A DNA stretch of 62,155 nt, filler included, from Dugesia japonica (GCA_001938525.1; 6 parts of 6 records of this genome joined end to end with filler, not necessarily neighbours in it), one strand, 5' to 3'; positions 1 to 13,903 are shown, counted from the first letter of the whole stretch. The notes: a model not told the origin generated them from the sequence alone. A program made the numbers and translations.

Positions 1-2
1 GA

Positions 3-1995
3 GCTAGATTAGCAAATAGAAAATCATTTTATACAAACCTCAAGCCAGAATATGGAAAGGATATTAATGTCAAAACTTATGAAAGTTCAAAAGGAAAAGG
101 CTTAGTTCCGAGAAATGAATATAATAGAGGTAATAATTTTAGTCAAAATAATAGAGACACAAATTACATACGTTTCAATCAACAAATCCATGACCACGGA
201 TATGGAAATAACAAATATGAACACGAAAATATGAACAGGAAAAGTCAATTCCTGACGAAGACAAGGTCGAAATATCGAATTGTTATCCAATATCAATAAT
301 TAAAACCTANNNNNNNNNNNNNNNNNNNNNNNNNNNNNNNNNNNNNNNNNNNNNNNNNNNNNNNNNNNNNNNNNNNNNNNNNNNNNNNNNNNNNNNNNNN
401 NNNNNNNNNNNNNNNNNNNNNNNNNNNNNNNNNNNNNNNNNNNNNNNNNNNNNNNNNNNNNNNNNNNNGTTTAGATAAATTTTGAATGTTGCATTTTACG
501 TATGATGAATCAATTTACCAGAAGATGACAAAATCCTTAAATAAATGTGTAGTTTTATTATTGTAATTTTTGTATTTTATTGTGTGAATTTTTAAATACA
601 TATTTTTCTACCAGAACTTGGTTTTTAATGAATTCTCTTAATTTAAGAAATAATAACTCCAACAGTGTCTATTGGCAAAGACAAAAAGATTCCTAAAAGA
701 CTTTACAATTTATCAGATTCCGAAAGAAAAATTTAAAAAGGCACAAGAATAAGTAGCTTAGAAATCTGGAAAGAAAAAACCGAATTCATCAGAAATTTTT
801 ATTCCAACAAATTTAAGGTGTCTCGTGTAAACGAATTGATTGATCAAATCGAAAAAGAAGATAACATTCCTTTAGAACATAATAAAAGGGTTAGAGATTA
901 ATATTAAAGTATGCTAAAATATTTAGTAAATGCGACACAAATACTGGTCATTGTAAAAAACTAAAGCATTACATTGCCACTAAAGAAGAAGCGCCGATCG
1001 CTGTTCCATCTGGATGAATACCGATAGAACTTGAGGATAAAGTTGATAATTTAGTTGCAGATTTATTGAAAAAAGAGATAATCAGGAAATGTGAAAGCCT
1101 ATGGAATTCACTTTTAGTGTGTATCACTAAAACCAATGGGAACATAAGATTATGTGTCGATTATCGGCACTTAAACTTAGTCACAGTCAGACCAATATAT
1201 CAAATTCCAAAAACTTCTCAGCTTTTTGATGCACTGATTAGAGCAAAGATATTTAGCGTTTTAGACTTATCTAATGGATATTATAATGTCGAAGTAAATG
1301 AAGCGGATAAACAAAAAACAGCATTCTCCACTAGAAGAGGTCAGTATGAATTTAATAGAATGCCATTTGGCCTGAGTTCAGCCCCAGCAACATTTCAACG
1401 ACTTATGCATCCGATATTGCAAAATAAATATTGGGAACAACGTCTTATTTATCTGGACAATGTATTGATATTTGGAAACTTGTATGAAAAAAATCTATCT
1501 CGATTGGAAGTAGTTTTAGTTAGAATAGAAGTATCAGGAGTTAAATTAAAACCTGAAAAATGTAATCTTTTGCTAAAGGAAGTTTCATATCTGGGATATA
1601 GAATTACGGCAGAAGGTATAAAAACAGATTCAATAAAAATAGAAAAAGTTTGAAATTGGTCAGAACCAGGGTGTTACTCAGATCTAAATTCCTTTATAGC
1701 TTTCTGTAACTATTATAGAAAACTTATAAAAGATTTTGCGTATGTCGTATTACCTTTAGAAACTATATTGAAACAAGTCAAACAAAACATAAATGGGAAA
1801 TATAGCAAAAAACAAATAATTTGGGATGCTGAAGGAAATGAAGCATTTAAAAAGATTTAGGAACTTCTAACAACAGCCACAGTTCTAGCTTGTGTTCTGA
1901 AAGAAGATATGTTCATATTAGACACAGATGCAAATCACTGTCATATTGGATGAATCTTAAGCCAAGTTCAAAATGGAGATGAAAAAGCTATCGCA
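3..1995 (+). mobile_element. Degenerate Ty3/gypsy LTR retrotransposon (probable gag tail, RT, start of RNase H), 3'-truncated
   Basis: ORF 1066-1653 has RLCVDYRHLN, LDLSNGYY, KTAFST, RMPFGLSSAPATFQ and YLDN (YxDD mutated). In frame past stops is FILDTDANHCHIG*ILSQ (RNase H). The stop-free frame 3-300 is taken as gag by position only. Confidence 0.9.
246..282 (+). ncRNA. Minimal type I hammerhead ribozyme
   Basis: Stem I CAATTC(246-251)/GAATTG(277-282); core CTGACGA 252-258; extra A259; stem II GAC-aag-GTC; GAAA 269-272; palindromic ATAT in place of stem III; UC cleavage site after 276. Confidence 0.8.
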
Positions 1996-1996
1996 A

Positions 1997-3900
1997 TTAA
2001 ACAATTATATTAGAATAGAACCATAAACATATTTATCTACAATTTAATCGATTTTAATTGACTGAATTAATTATTAATTTATAATTATTTCCTTATATCC
2101 CTCTTCTTAAGAAATTTTCTGTTTTTTCACATTTCTTTCTAATCGCTGTCCATTTTCTCCTTGTACCACATACTTTCTTACAAGAATTCTCTCAATTATT
2201 CGATAAAAACCTTCAAATCTGTTTTGGCTTTTATTTCTTGTTTCTATCTTGATGAGGACATAATTTCCTACTTTGAATTCTCTATTAGTAGTCACTTCTG
2301 AAATTCTTTGATTATTTCTCTCTAAAGCGTCTTACCAGTATCACTTTTCTCTGCTAATTTTCTTTACAAAATAAAATCTCAGCCGGCTCTTTCCAGTCGT
2401 CTTTCGTTATCTTGCGTTTATTGTAAATTCTATTTCCGGTAAAAGATCTGCCCAATCTGTTGTCTTTCTCTTTTTAAGTGTTGCATTAATTATATCGCAA
2501 ATTGTCCTAACTGTCTTTTAATTTGCCCGTTTGCATTGTGATGCATGCATAAATAATAAACAGTCAACAACTGTTTTAGTGTGATGCAATATTTTTTCAT
2601 GACCCGTCATTAAGTGTAATCCATATGCAACAACTCTTTCTCTGCCTTTTTTATCTTTCTGTGACAATACTGCTCAAATTATATCAAAACTTTGTTTATT
2701 GAATTCTTTGTTTATGTCTGGAAAACACAATATTGGTGCAGTCATTAGAGGTTTTTTCAAATCCTCAAAGGTATTGTTTATTTTATCTGCCCATTATAAT
2801 TTTTTGTTGCTTGAACCGCAGCAAAACTGTTCTAAAATCCTTGATTTTCTTGCATAGTTTTCTATAAACCTTCTGTAGTAATTAAAATTTTCTAAGAAGC
2901 CTCGCAACTTCTTCATTCAATTAGGTCTGCCAAAGGTTTTTATTACTTCTATTTTAAACTGATCAGTTCTAACACCATCTCTACTGATTATGTGTCCAAG
3001 AAGTTTTATTTCGCTTTGTAGAAACTGACACTTTTCGGGATTTATTCTTAAACCAGCCTTCAATTACTTCATAGTGTTTATCTTTATAGTTAGTAAATAT
3101 CATGATATCATCAAGATATACCATGGGTCCATTAATTTTGGCTACCACTTTTATCATCATCTCTTGAAATGTTTTCGATGCCGCTGCGATTTTGAAAGGC
3201 ATTTTATTAAAACAATATTGTCCATACTTTGTTGAAAACGCTATTTTTTCTAGAGATTCTTCTTTGAGTTCTACCTGATAATACGCATTTCCAAAATCTA
3301 TTCAACTGAAATATTTTGTTCCATCTAACTTGTCCAGCATTTCATTAGACATCAGAAAGGCTTGTCTTTTCGTTACTGCATTCATTTGCCTGAAATCCAA
3401 ACATATCCTTATGTTTTTCTTTTCCTTTTTCCAAACGCAAATCAGTGAAGTATTCCATGGCGAGTTGTGTTTTCGAATAATATTATTCTCAAACAAGTTA
3501 TGGATAGCTTCTTCAATTTTAGCATCCAAGTTCATTAGTTGACTATATGGTTTAATGTTAATTGGTTCACCACTTGCAGTTATTTTGTGTTTTATCAGAT
3601 GTGTGCGTCCTACATTTCACTTATCTGCCATGAAAACATCCTTTTTATTTCCATTTATTTTAAATAACCGTTTATCGTCTTTAAACTTCAGAATACTTAA
3701 AGCTCTAGCAAATCGTTCTCACTTATTAATTTGTCTCCCAAGTTTTGCTTCAATATTACAAATGTAATTTTTGACTTCTACATTAGCTTACTTTCAATAC
3801 AAGCTGGTATCTAAAAGCCTTCTGAATATCAATTCATCCAATCAAATCTGGCGTCACTCTTTCTGCAACTAAAAAGTTACCTCATTGTAAACATCAATTA
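1997..3900 (-). mobile_element. Second degenerate Ty3/gypsy element (RT, integrase C-terminus, PPT, partial 3' LTR)
   Basis: RICLDFRQMN (3302-3535), MPFKIAAASKTFQ and VYLDDIMI (2981-3202), integrase tail ...ERNVKK (2107-2295). Minus-strand PPT AAGAAGAGGGA precedes an LTR starting at 2097. Confidence 0.88.
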
Positions 3901-4770
3901 TCACTCCAGTTTTAACTTTCCCAACAATTTCAAGAAAAATATAAAGCACCAGCTTACTGGTTGAAAATCAGTTGAAGAACACGGGTGCCATGAGAAAATA
4001 TAAAAACGATTAAAACGCAAATAGAGACTGAAAGAAATATAGCTTCAGAATAAAGGATTTATTAGCAATAACCTGAATAAAGATTTCACAACAAGCAGAA
4101 AGAGATAGTAAAGAAACGTGGAACGAGTATTATTGAAACATCAGCAAGCGACGATTTGGAAATAAGGTGCAAAAGTAAACAGGGATGATGAGAAAAGTGG
4201 AAGATAGTATGGTACTAATGAGTAAGGGAAACATATTGCTGTGGATTGGATACAAACCATTTGCTATATTTAATCATTCGAATTCGATATATTATTACAA
4301 GGAAAAGCCAAGGAATTGTGGCAAGCAGTCAACACAAGCTAAGACTTGAATTTAACAAATTATTTCTACAATTTATTTTTTTCGTTTATTGTGAAAGTTA
4401 AACTTTGTGTAATTATTCACTTTTTAAAATTTTTTAACTATTGATCTGTGAATTAAAAAATTAAATATTTTCAAAATTACGAAACTAAATTAAGGCGTAG
4501 ATCATAAAAGCTTCAAAAATATGTTTCTTTTTAAAATTTTTATTAAAGTAACAAAAGATTTTTTTTAAAAAACGGTTTTATTTTTTCACAAATTTTCGAT
4601 TTTATCTTCTTCAGTTGTAATTGATTTATTCATTTTGAAGTTTAATATCAATTTTTCTAATTTTAAATCTTTTTATCATGGTTTTGATTGAATAATATTA
4701 TTAAAAATTATATTAATATCTAGTTTAAATTTTTTGATTAAATTTCATATTGTTTTTTTCTATTGAGTGC

Positions 4771-5200
4771 TGTTATACATATAATAGGTGTTAGTTGGGT
4801 TTTGAAAACTCAAAGAATCATTAACATCAGAATTCAAATTCATTACAACAATTTATTAAAATAAAAATTATATTCAAAAATAATTGTTAATCAAACAAAT
4901 TAAAATCCCGTATTTTAAATAATGATCCTTTTTCTAAAATTGAAAATTGAAAAATTTATTTATTTAGAATTAATTTAATTTAATTCACTTAAAAACATTT
5001 CATTTATCTACTTAATTTTCATTTAAAATTTACGACAAAATTTCCGCTCACTTTTAAAATTTTATTTATTTAAAAGTTAAACTTTATTATTCATTAATTT
5101 TAATTTATCCTTAATAATTTAAATCTCTCTTTTAAATAAAAGATTTTAAAAATAAGATCACCAATCACACAAAAATTTCAACTTGCTTTTCAAAACCGCT
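4771..5200. repeat. Dispersed LTR-like repeat; inverted copy at about 36540-36960
   Basis: ATCACCAATCACACAAAAATTTCAACTTGCTTTTCAAAAC near 5157 matches the reverse complement of about 36545-36585, and similarity continues along the block. Confidence 0.6.
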
Positions 5201-6400
5201 CACAGTAGGAATCTATTACTTTCCATTTTAAAATATTGTAGTCAGCATGAATATTATGATCGTGTATGAAATGTTTATATACTTCACTTTCATTCTGTTT
5301 GATATGTTCTATGATTCTGGTTCTGATTGTTCTAAAGGTTTTACCTATGTATGATTTGTACAAGTAATTTCATAAGTTACATTTTTTATTACATATGTAC
5401 CGGTTATTACATATGCATTTTGGCCCACATGAGTTATTCTTCGGTCTTTTTAGTAGAATTCCTAAGGGTGTTTGTGTTTTTGATATTATCCTAAGTGAAT
5501 ATGTGATCTTTGACTTGTACATAATATTCTGCATCAATTGACTACATTTTTCATTGATATATGGTAATTATTTACTGTATTTGATTTTTTTCTATTTTTC
5601 TTTTTTCTATTATCATTCTATAGTACATTTTGTGTTAGATATTTTGATATGACATTTTCTGGATAACCATTTCGGTAAAATTTATTTCTTAGTAGCTCAA
5701 TTGATACTGATACCATGTTTTTGTTAGATGATAATCGTTTTACTCTAATTCTTTCTTCTTTGATAAACATTATTTTTTGTCTTGTAGGGATATTGCTGCT
5801 CCATGGTAATATCAATCAGCTGTGAAATGGTTTTATGTATAGTTGGCTAGTTAACATTTGATTAAGTTCTTTTCTTATAAGTGTGTCAAGAAAATGTATT
5901 TTTTAATCTATTGCTTCTTCTAATGTGAATTGGGTGTTATTGTTGATATTTTTGGCTATATTAAGAATGTTTTCTGAGATAGTATTGGTAATGAAGAAGA
6001 TGTCATCTATGTATCTTAGCCAAAGTTTGATTTTACTATTTGCTTTATGGATGATTTCTTTTTTAATGTGATCCATGCCAATAATGGCTAATACTGGGGA
6101 TAAGTAATTGCCCATAGCTAAACATTTTTTTTGTTTATATAACTTATTGTTATATATAATACTGTCTGATCTGAGACGAAGAGTTATTAATGACTTAAAC
6201 TCCTTTTTTGTAATTCCTAAAATTTCTGAATAGATTCTATGTTCATCGTAAAATTTGTTCATAATATCTATAACATTATCTGGTTAATTGATTGGTACAG
6301 AACCATATAGATTCGTAACGTTTAATGTAAGTAATAAATTCTGATTAAGCACTGGAAGAGTATAAATAAGTTTCGTGTTATCGATAAGCAATTAAGTTAC
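5200..6400 (-). mobile_element. Penelope-like retroelement relic (RT plus GIY-YIG endonuclease)
   Basis: Minus-strand motifs LNVTNLYGSVP, YKQKKCLAMGNYLSPVLA, WLRYIDDIFFI, NGYP, then NVTYEITC...SYIGKTFRTIRTRIIEH (GIY-YIG). Frameshifted. Confidence 0.9.
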
Positions 6401-9190
6401 TAAACTTTTATTTGAAAACTGCACAATTAATATTATTAAAACACATATCACAATCCCCTTTCTTTTAAGTGTTTATCGTATATTAAGGACTTGGCTTCCT
6501 TTCACTCGTTGGAGATTGCCTTTTGCATTATACTGAGTTGTCTATAGAAACAGGTTATACGTCGTTTGTACTAACTGTCAAATATTATTGATTCATTAAG
6601 AGTTTATTTTTTATTTCTGAATTCCCCATTGAATCGTTTAACTTGGTGAAGATCTTGACGAATTACCTTTATTCCATCATCTAACTCTAAATTATAATTA
6701 GTGAGAAACCTGCATACCATCCACTATCCTGGAAATTGGTGTAAGTAACCCACTGTCTTCAGTTTTTACCATTACCCAATCTCCAATCTTTAATGTAGTG
6801 TTCTTATTTCTGCTTTATTTTCTTTTGGAACATGTCTTTTGCTTTTTGTTATTTTCTCCCTTTGTTTTTTAAAGTTATTCTGGAAATCCATCTTGTCAGT
6901 TTCTACATTTGCAATCAAAATATCTGGTTCCAAATCCATATTTTTCCCAAATAAAATTTCGTAAGGTGAAACCTCATGTTTTTTGTTATTTGATGATCTC
7001 ATATTTAGTTCAAAAAGGAATTGTTTTAACCCACGATTGGTTATGTCATTTACAAGATGCATAAAATTTGTCTTTGGTTTTTCTAAATACACGTTTTTTA
7101 AGTCCATTAACCTGATGATAATATAGAGCTAAAAATGATTGATTTATTTGTAATTTATTACATAATTCATTCTTTATTTCTGATTTAAATTGTGTTCTGT
7201 TATTAGAATGAATTATACTTAGAAACCCTAAAGTACGGTATCCATATTTCAAATATTATTTCGGTAACTGTCTTTACTGAAATATCTTTCAATGGTATTG
7301 ACGCTATATATCTAGAAAAAACATCCATGATTACTAAAATATATGAATACCCATCGGAATTTGGTTGGGGTCCAATTATATAGCAACATATCATTTCAAA
7401 TGGTTCTACCGCTGTAAAAGAAATTTTGATATTGTAACCAATTTCATTTCTCTGCTTTCTCAAAGCCCATATCTTTTAAATTTTTATTCATTGATGATAG
7501 CTCTTGATATTAGTCAAGGTTTATTTAGCGTTTGAACGGCCTAATTGACCGTGAAAATTTTTACAATGTCATTGATTTGCTTTCTATTATACTCCTTGTA
7601 AGAGTGATTCATGGATTTTAAATATCTGGGAAATTTTTTAATTTAGTGTATAGTATATAATATACTATATTATATTAAAAATATATATTATTAAAAGTAT
7701 AAAATTATTTTAAGAAATTATGTTGAGAAATAATTAAAACCTATCTAAAGTATATATTTATTAAAAATAAAATCAATATTTCAAAAATATTTTATTTTAA
7801 TGAATTGAAAATGAAAATTAAATTTCTCAGATTATTTGTTATTATTCTTCATCTTTTTTTATTTTTAATCAAACGCTTGTAATACTTGTGAAAAATTGTG
7901 AAGTTTTTAATTTAAATAATACTCTTTATAAATATATTTTAATTCATTGATTTATCGATAACATTCATCATATGAATTGCTCTTGCTGGACTTCGAAACT
8001 TTGACATTTCGTCTAGTTTTTGGGTCGATATGTTTTATTTCACATAGTTCTCATTGAAATTTTCCGAAATTTGCATCTGCATTTACATGTAATTGTTATT
8101 TTTTATGCTAAATTTAAAAACTATAAATACATAGTTCATCAATCCAGGAGCAGTGCTGTGATGTATTTGGTCTTTTCCAATTCAACATCAATGTTTAACT
8201 CTTATAGTCTGTGGCTATAATAAATTTCTTCCCCAATAAATAACTCTTGTATTTCTTCGTGAAGTAATAAACCGACATGAATTCTTTCCTGGTGATACAA
8301 TACATTTTTTCTGCATCAAAAACGTCTTAAATTCATAGTATATTACTTTTCTAATCTTCAATTTGACTTAAAACTGCGCCTATGGTAAAGTGACTAACAT
8401 CATGTATCCAATACAAAAATATCATTCCTATATGGGAACGAATAAGCTGGTGCGCTTGTGAGAGTCTGTTTTAAACTTTCGAAAGATTCCTTATGAAATT
8501 CTTCTCATTTTAAATCTACCTTTTTTCTGTTTCTCGTGATCTTCGCATCTCTCAACAAATACTCTAGCGGTTTAACAATATACGCAAAACCCTAAAAAAT
8601 TAGATAATCCTTCATTTGTATTAGAAATATTTTAATTCCTTATCGCACTAATTTTCTCTGGATCAGTTATAAATCCTTTGCTTGATTTTAAGTGCCCCAA
8701 ATATTTCTGAAATTTTCAAAAAAAACGCATTTCTTGGAAGATATCTTAAATCCAAACCTCCGTATCTTCTCTAACACTATTTTAAAATTTACACTGTGTT
8801 CCTCTATACTTTTGACGATAATCAAAATATCATCGAGATATATTTTTACCGAAACTTTCTTCTCTGAGAACCAAATGCATTATTCTTTGAAAAGTCGTTG
8901 GTGCTCCACACAATTCAAAAGGCCTGCAATTAAATTCATACTGACCTTTTCGTGTATCAAAAGCTCCTTTCCATTTGCCTTTCTCACTTATTTTTACATT
9001 CTAATAACCACTAAATAAATCAATTGCACTAAAGAATCTTGATCCTACAAATGAATTGAACAACTGTTGGTTATCTGAAATAAGATTTATAGGTCTGTTA
9101 GTTTAATTCTTTATAGTCTAAAGTTTAATTTTCTATAGTCTATACATAACCTTATGTGTTTAGATTTTTTTTTGAACAGTCATTATAACA
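6400..9190 (-). mobile_element. Third degenerate Ty3/gypsy element (RT, RNase H, integrase, PPT), interrupted by an LTR fragment
   Basis: KIYLDDILII near 8830; RNase H-like YCITRKEF...LLGKKFIIATDY; integrase GPQPNSDGYSYILVIMDVFSRY and SPYEILFG; PPT AAAAGAAAGGGGA followed by TGTGATA near 6452. Confidence 0.85.
7597..7900. repeat. LTR fragment of the same family as 24324-25188 (another trace near 9200)
   Basis: Starts TGTAAGAGTGATTCATGGATTTTAAATATCTGGGAAATTTTT, nearly identical to 24324 onward. Right boundary approximate. Confidence 0.7.
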
Positions 9191-9339
9191 ATTATTCAAA
9201 GATTTGAAATATCTGGGAAAATCTTTAATTTTTATATATATTATATTAAAATTTACATTCAAATATTTTTATAAAAATGTACTTAAGAGATTTTTAAAAT
9301 ACAAAACATTTTTTACATACAAATTAATTTAAATAATTT

Positions 9340-9358
9340 GTATTATTATTATTGATTA

Positions 9359-9420
<62 letters not shown>

Positions 9421-9659
9421 NNNNNNNNNNNNNNNNNNNNNNNNNNNNNNNNNNNNNNNNNNNNTTAATTAATTAANNNNNNNNNNNNNNNNNNNNNNNN
9501 NNNNNNNNNNNNNNNNNNNNTGTCGAAAATTTGAACTTTTTTACAAATAAATTTTGTTTTGATCGAAGCCTTATCTTATTTTAATGAAATCTATTTTGAT
9601 ATTAACTTATATAATTATGTAATGAAATACTGCTCAATTTATAATATAAAATTTCTTGA

Positions 9660-9723
<64 letters not shown>
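9340..9723. repeat. (ATT)n microsatellites bordering gaps (also about 18220, 18960-19125, 19455, 42470, 49080, 50875-51140, 51870, 54543)
   Basis: Visible trinucleotide runs. They produce the poly-I/L/Y/N ORFs in the track. Confidence 0.95.
9421..9520. other. Artificial 100-bp contig spacer N44-TTAATTAATTAA-N44
   Basis: Exactly 44 N, a 12-mer with stops in all six frames, then 44 N. Confidence 0.97.
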
Positions 9724-11284
9724 NNNNNNNNNNNNNNNNNNNNNNNNNNNNNNNNNNNNNNNNNNNNNNNNNNNNNNNNTGTTAAATTGTTTGGTCATTC
9801 TGTTGCATTTCACCAAGGCAGTTATTAATTTTTTATGGTATAAAATTACAGAATATATTGATGGCAAATATCATTAGAGATCATTAATAACTTATAAACT
9901 TTTATGTATAAACTTTTTTACATAATTTATTTTAAAATCTAAAAGTAACTTATTCACAAAGTTGGAATTTTACATCAAATTTTGGCAATTTCTTTTAGTT
10001 ACTTATTTTTACTACGTTGTTGTATCAGTTACAAAACTGGTTATATTCATTAATATAAATCATACAATGCATTTTAACTCAAATAAAACTAAACTAAGTA
10101 TATATTGACAATAATTTTCCGAGAAACATATATTGTATTTTATTTATCAAAATTAATTTCAAGTATAATTTTAAAATTAAAATCTAGTTTTCACAATAAA
10201 TGTATTCAGAAAATTGGTTTGAAATTATAATTCAGAAAAATGAAAATTTTCACAAAATTTTTATCATAGAAAAGTAAATTAATTTCTTTAATTGTTGTAA
10301 ATCTTTTAATAAAACTTCAACCATTAATTAAATTATCATTTTCACAAAACGCTCGCCCATTAAAACCAAAATTTCGTCATAATTATGTACGGTAAAATTT
10401 CCATAAGTATACCGAATTTATTCTTCAAGTTTTTTCTCCAGATAATCGAATTGACCAGCTCTTTGCGAAAAGGTTTTATCTGTAATTTTTTTGATAAAAA
10501 TTCGTTTAAATAGACCGAAATCCGCTTTGATTCAAAGTAGAAACCGTTTAAATTAGGCATAAACTAGGTGAGAGAATGCGACCTCTTAAATGAATATTAT
10601 TCAATTTATTATTGTAAAAAACAACGTTAATAAGCTAATTAACAAATTAAAAATTAGATTAATTGTATTTATATTACAGTGGAAACGACTAAATTAATTA
10701 TTAAAAAATAATTTAGTAATACAACAACCAAATATTATTTATATATTTCACTTACATTTGTTTAATCCCAGGTATTTTCTTAATTCTAGTTTTCACTAAA
10801 ATATTCTCTTAATAACATTTATCTAATTTAGTGTATCATATACGCAGTACCGGTGAGAAGATCTTTTTCACTTTCTTTGACTACGCTCCCCATTATTTTT
10901 TGAAATTTTGCTACTTGTTATCAACATATCATAATCAAAGGTTTTCAGTATATATAATAATAGCAGTTAGTTTTAACAATAATACATTATTTATTATTTA
11001 CAACTGCAAAGTTAATTTCAAAGAGTTTCTCTGTTTAAGTTTTAAATGTTTCGTTTTATGACTAATGTAAATAATGTAATAATCAAATTGATGGCATGGT
11101 GCCCACTTACGTGGGCCCTGCCTATTCGTTTATGATCAATTTTCTTAGCGTAATTAATGAAAACATCGCTAAATTAATAAATTTTTCTTTCGTATTTTTA
11201 AAGTTTAATCGATATTTTAATAAATAAGTTAAAAAATTATTGTACAAAAATCAATATATTTAATATTATTTTTATTAATTTTAG

Positions 11285-11584
11285 ATATCTCAGGAAAATA
11301 TTCAGCGCTTTAGACCACCCGCTGTTTGTAGTGGACATGATCATTTTGCAAACGTTCTATTAGATGAAGAATTCAGTATAAATGTCACCACTTTATGGTC
11401 ATTAATTTTCACTGATCATGCATTTTTCCGAGCTTTGTGTGCAATTCGATTTATTACTGATATCACTCAGAGTAATTGGTCCGATGATATTGATATTGGC
11501 AAAGAGCAGTGTCGAACTATTTATTATACGGTTAATTTAAAAAATAGAATTGGGCCAAAAAAATCACCTACAGTTGAAAAACAA
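11285..11584 (+). CDS. GRAMD1: Exon of a GRAMD1/Aster-like sterol transfer protein (N-terminal half of VASt domain)
   Basis: ttttag|...|gtaaat, 300 nt, phase 0-0. Translates ISQENIQRFRPPAVCSGHDHFANVLLDEEFSINVTTLWSLIFTDHAFFRALCAIRFITDITQSNW...RTIYYTVNLKNRIGPKKSPTVEKQ, matching the recalled VASt pattern (VDKLYDLLFTNSPF...W...R.I.YT..L.NP.APK...ETQ). Confidence 0.88.
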
Positions 11585-12199
11585 GTAAATGAAAATTATA
11601 CTGATTATGCTGTTTTTTATTTTAAAACGAGAGAATTTCTCTGAAAAATTAATATATTAATATTTGGTACTTTAAATTGTTACTTTCGCAACTATTTTCA
11701 AATTTTTTTCTATGTTTTATTAAAATTGATTGAAATAAAAGTTTTACAATTTTTATCATTTTAATAATAGCGTCAACAATCCAATGACGACGACGACGAA
11801 TACAGAATAAAATGATAAATTTTGATTTATAATTACTATAGGTATTTATATAAAAATGATTGAGTTATTCCTCTGCTTCAGGTGACAATATGTTTAGACT
11901 TAATTCTGCTCTTTTTGTGATTTATTTTAACGGAATATTTCCCATTTCTCATTTATTATTGATATATGAATTGTGTTTTCATAACTCATAAAATTAATAG
12001 AACTTTATATTTGTTCAGATAAATTGACTGTGTTAACAACTAACCAGAAATTTTTATATGAGAATTAGTTCGAATTGAGTACAAGAATAAATTGTTATAA
12101 AATATTTTCAAAAATCTCTATTTATAAATTTACAATTACAATTAATACGAGAATAACTTAACCAGTGATCATGTTTGAGATTTCAGTAAATTAAAAGCT

Positions 12200-12575
12200 T
12201 TGACGTGTGGTGTGTACAACGGGAATGGACGTAATCATTGCAAGCTAGTGACTTGCACTTTCTAGGAATTCTTCCTTCATGTGAAATAATTATAATTCCC
12301 ATTCCCAGTCACGACAGTGTTTTACAAAGTCACCCAACTATTTCTAGTAAGAAATACTCGTTGGAACTGCCATTTTAGCGCGCGTGCGACACCGGACATC
12401 TAAGGACATCACAGACCTATGATTGATCTCTTTTAATTAGCGAGGCGCTATTTATTCTTCTAAGAAGTGATTATTTACTTATTAAAATAAATACATTATT
12501 TAGTAAGTCAGTCTAGTTCGTTATTAGAATTAAACTGACAAATCGCTCCACCAACTAAGAACGTTCATGCACCAT
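12200..12575 (-). pseudogene. Degenerate 18S rRNA fragment (3' third) in the GRAMD1 intron
   Basis: Reverse-strand SSU landmarks with substitutions: GACGTGTGGTGTGTACAACGGG (cf. GACGGGCGGTGTGTACAAAGGG), CTAAGGACATCACAGACCT, ACAAATCGCTCCACCAACTAAGAACG. Confidence 0.92.
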
Positions 12576-13419
12576 AACAGCAACTAATAATAATCTTATA
12601 AAAAACAACATTTTGATTTAAGCTTTTAATTTAATGAAATAATAAACTTAATTTTTATTTTAATTTTTTTTGTTACTCACTATTTTAAGAGACATTTGGG
12701 ATCTAAATTAGTTTTCNNNNNNNNNNNNNNNNNNNNNNNNNNNNNNNNNNNNNNNNNNNNNNNNNNNNNNNNNNNNNAGAAAGTGGAGCGCAGATTAACA
12801 TTATTTCTGTATTTAAACTAATTTTCTAACTTGACAAAATCGTCTTTATTTTCTCTTTAAATCATAGTAGTCGTGAAATTTTTTATGAAATTTATAGTTG
12901 TTAACAAGTTAGATTTACTAAGATTACACGCGTTCATTTTCTACGTGGCGACTTATTATATTATTTTGATTATTTCACACATTATTGACTGAATTATATC
13001 AATCTTTATCGATTGTTAACTGTTGACGGATAAATTTTCTGAACATTCACTGTTTTACTTACCAATTATCTTTGAATATTATATCAGTTATTTATTAGTT
13101 TTGATTGCTGATATTTAGATTTTAAAATGTTAAAATATTCTTTATCGAAATTCTATCTCTATCTTTACATTAAATTTACAAATATTATTTTTAGTGAACC
13201 TGGTTAGTTATTGATTTTCAGGGATTTTGCCTGTATTTAGTGTTGATTTAATTCAATTTAGTTGAAAAAAATAGCGTGAAAATAAAAGACTGCTTGATTT
13301 AAAAATTTAAATATTTCCATATATTAATATTATATTATCAAATATTTAAAGAAAATAAATAATATTTAAATAGGTATTTATTAAATTTAAATCACTAAAT
13401 TATTATATTTAAGAGAGAA

Positions 13420-13903
13420 TTTTAGTTTTATTCAAAGACCATTTTTAAATATTTGGTTACATTCTTAAAATATCCATCGCAAAAATCCTCTGAGATCATA
13501 TCTAATCTTTCCTTATGATATGATAAAAGTTGCTTTTCAGTATTTTGAGTTCTTCAAACATAATTTTCCATTTTGAAAATTGATGTTCAATTCGATTATA
13601 TGATGGCAAGAAAATTAATTTGTGCTCAATGCGTTCAACACAATCTTTAATTACTTGGCTTTTATGTAAATCCATATTGTCCATAATCAGCACGCATTGC
13701 TTTAGGTTTTGCGCTTCCAATAAACATAAAACCTTCTTTCTAATGATCATTCGTTATTAAAATTGTTATAATTATTTATGAACAGCAAAAATTGAACAGA
13801 TGATTCATCTCCGAGGCAATATTTTAAAAACGATGCGAATTTCGGTATATGTTTAATAAATGATTGTCGTAAATAATTAAAACCACTAGTAGAAGCAAAC
13901 CTG
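13420..13903 (-). mobile_element. Tc1/IS630-type DDE transposase relic
   Basis: VLIMDNMDLHKS...KLIFLPSY-NRIEHQFSKWK resembles the DN..H / LPPYSP.LNPIE..W block. Confidence 0.8.

Noticed and set aside
10360-10560. 66-aa minus-strand ORF
   Set aside because: No recognisable domain or convincing splice context.
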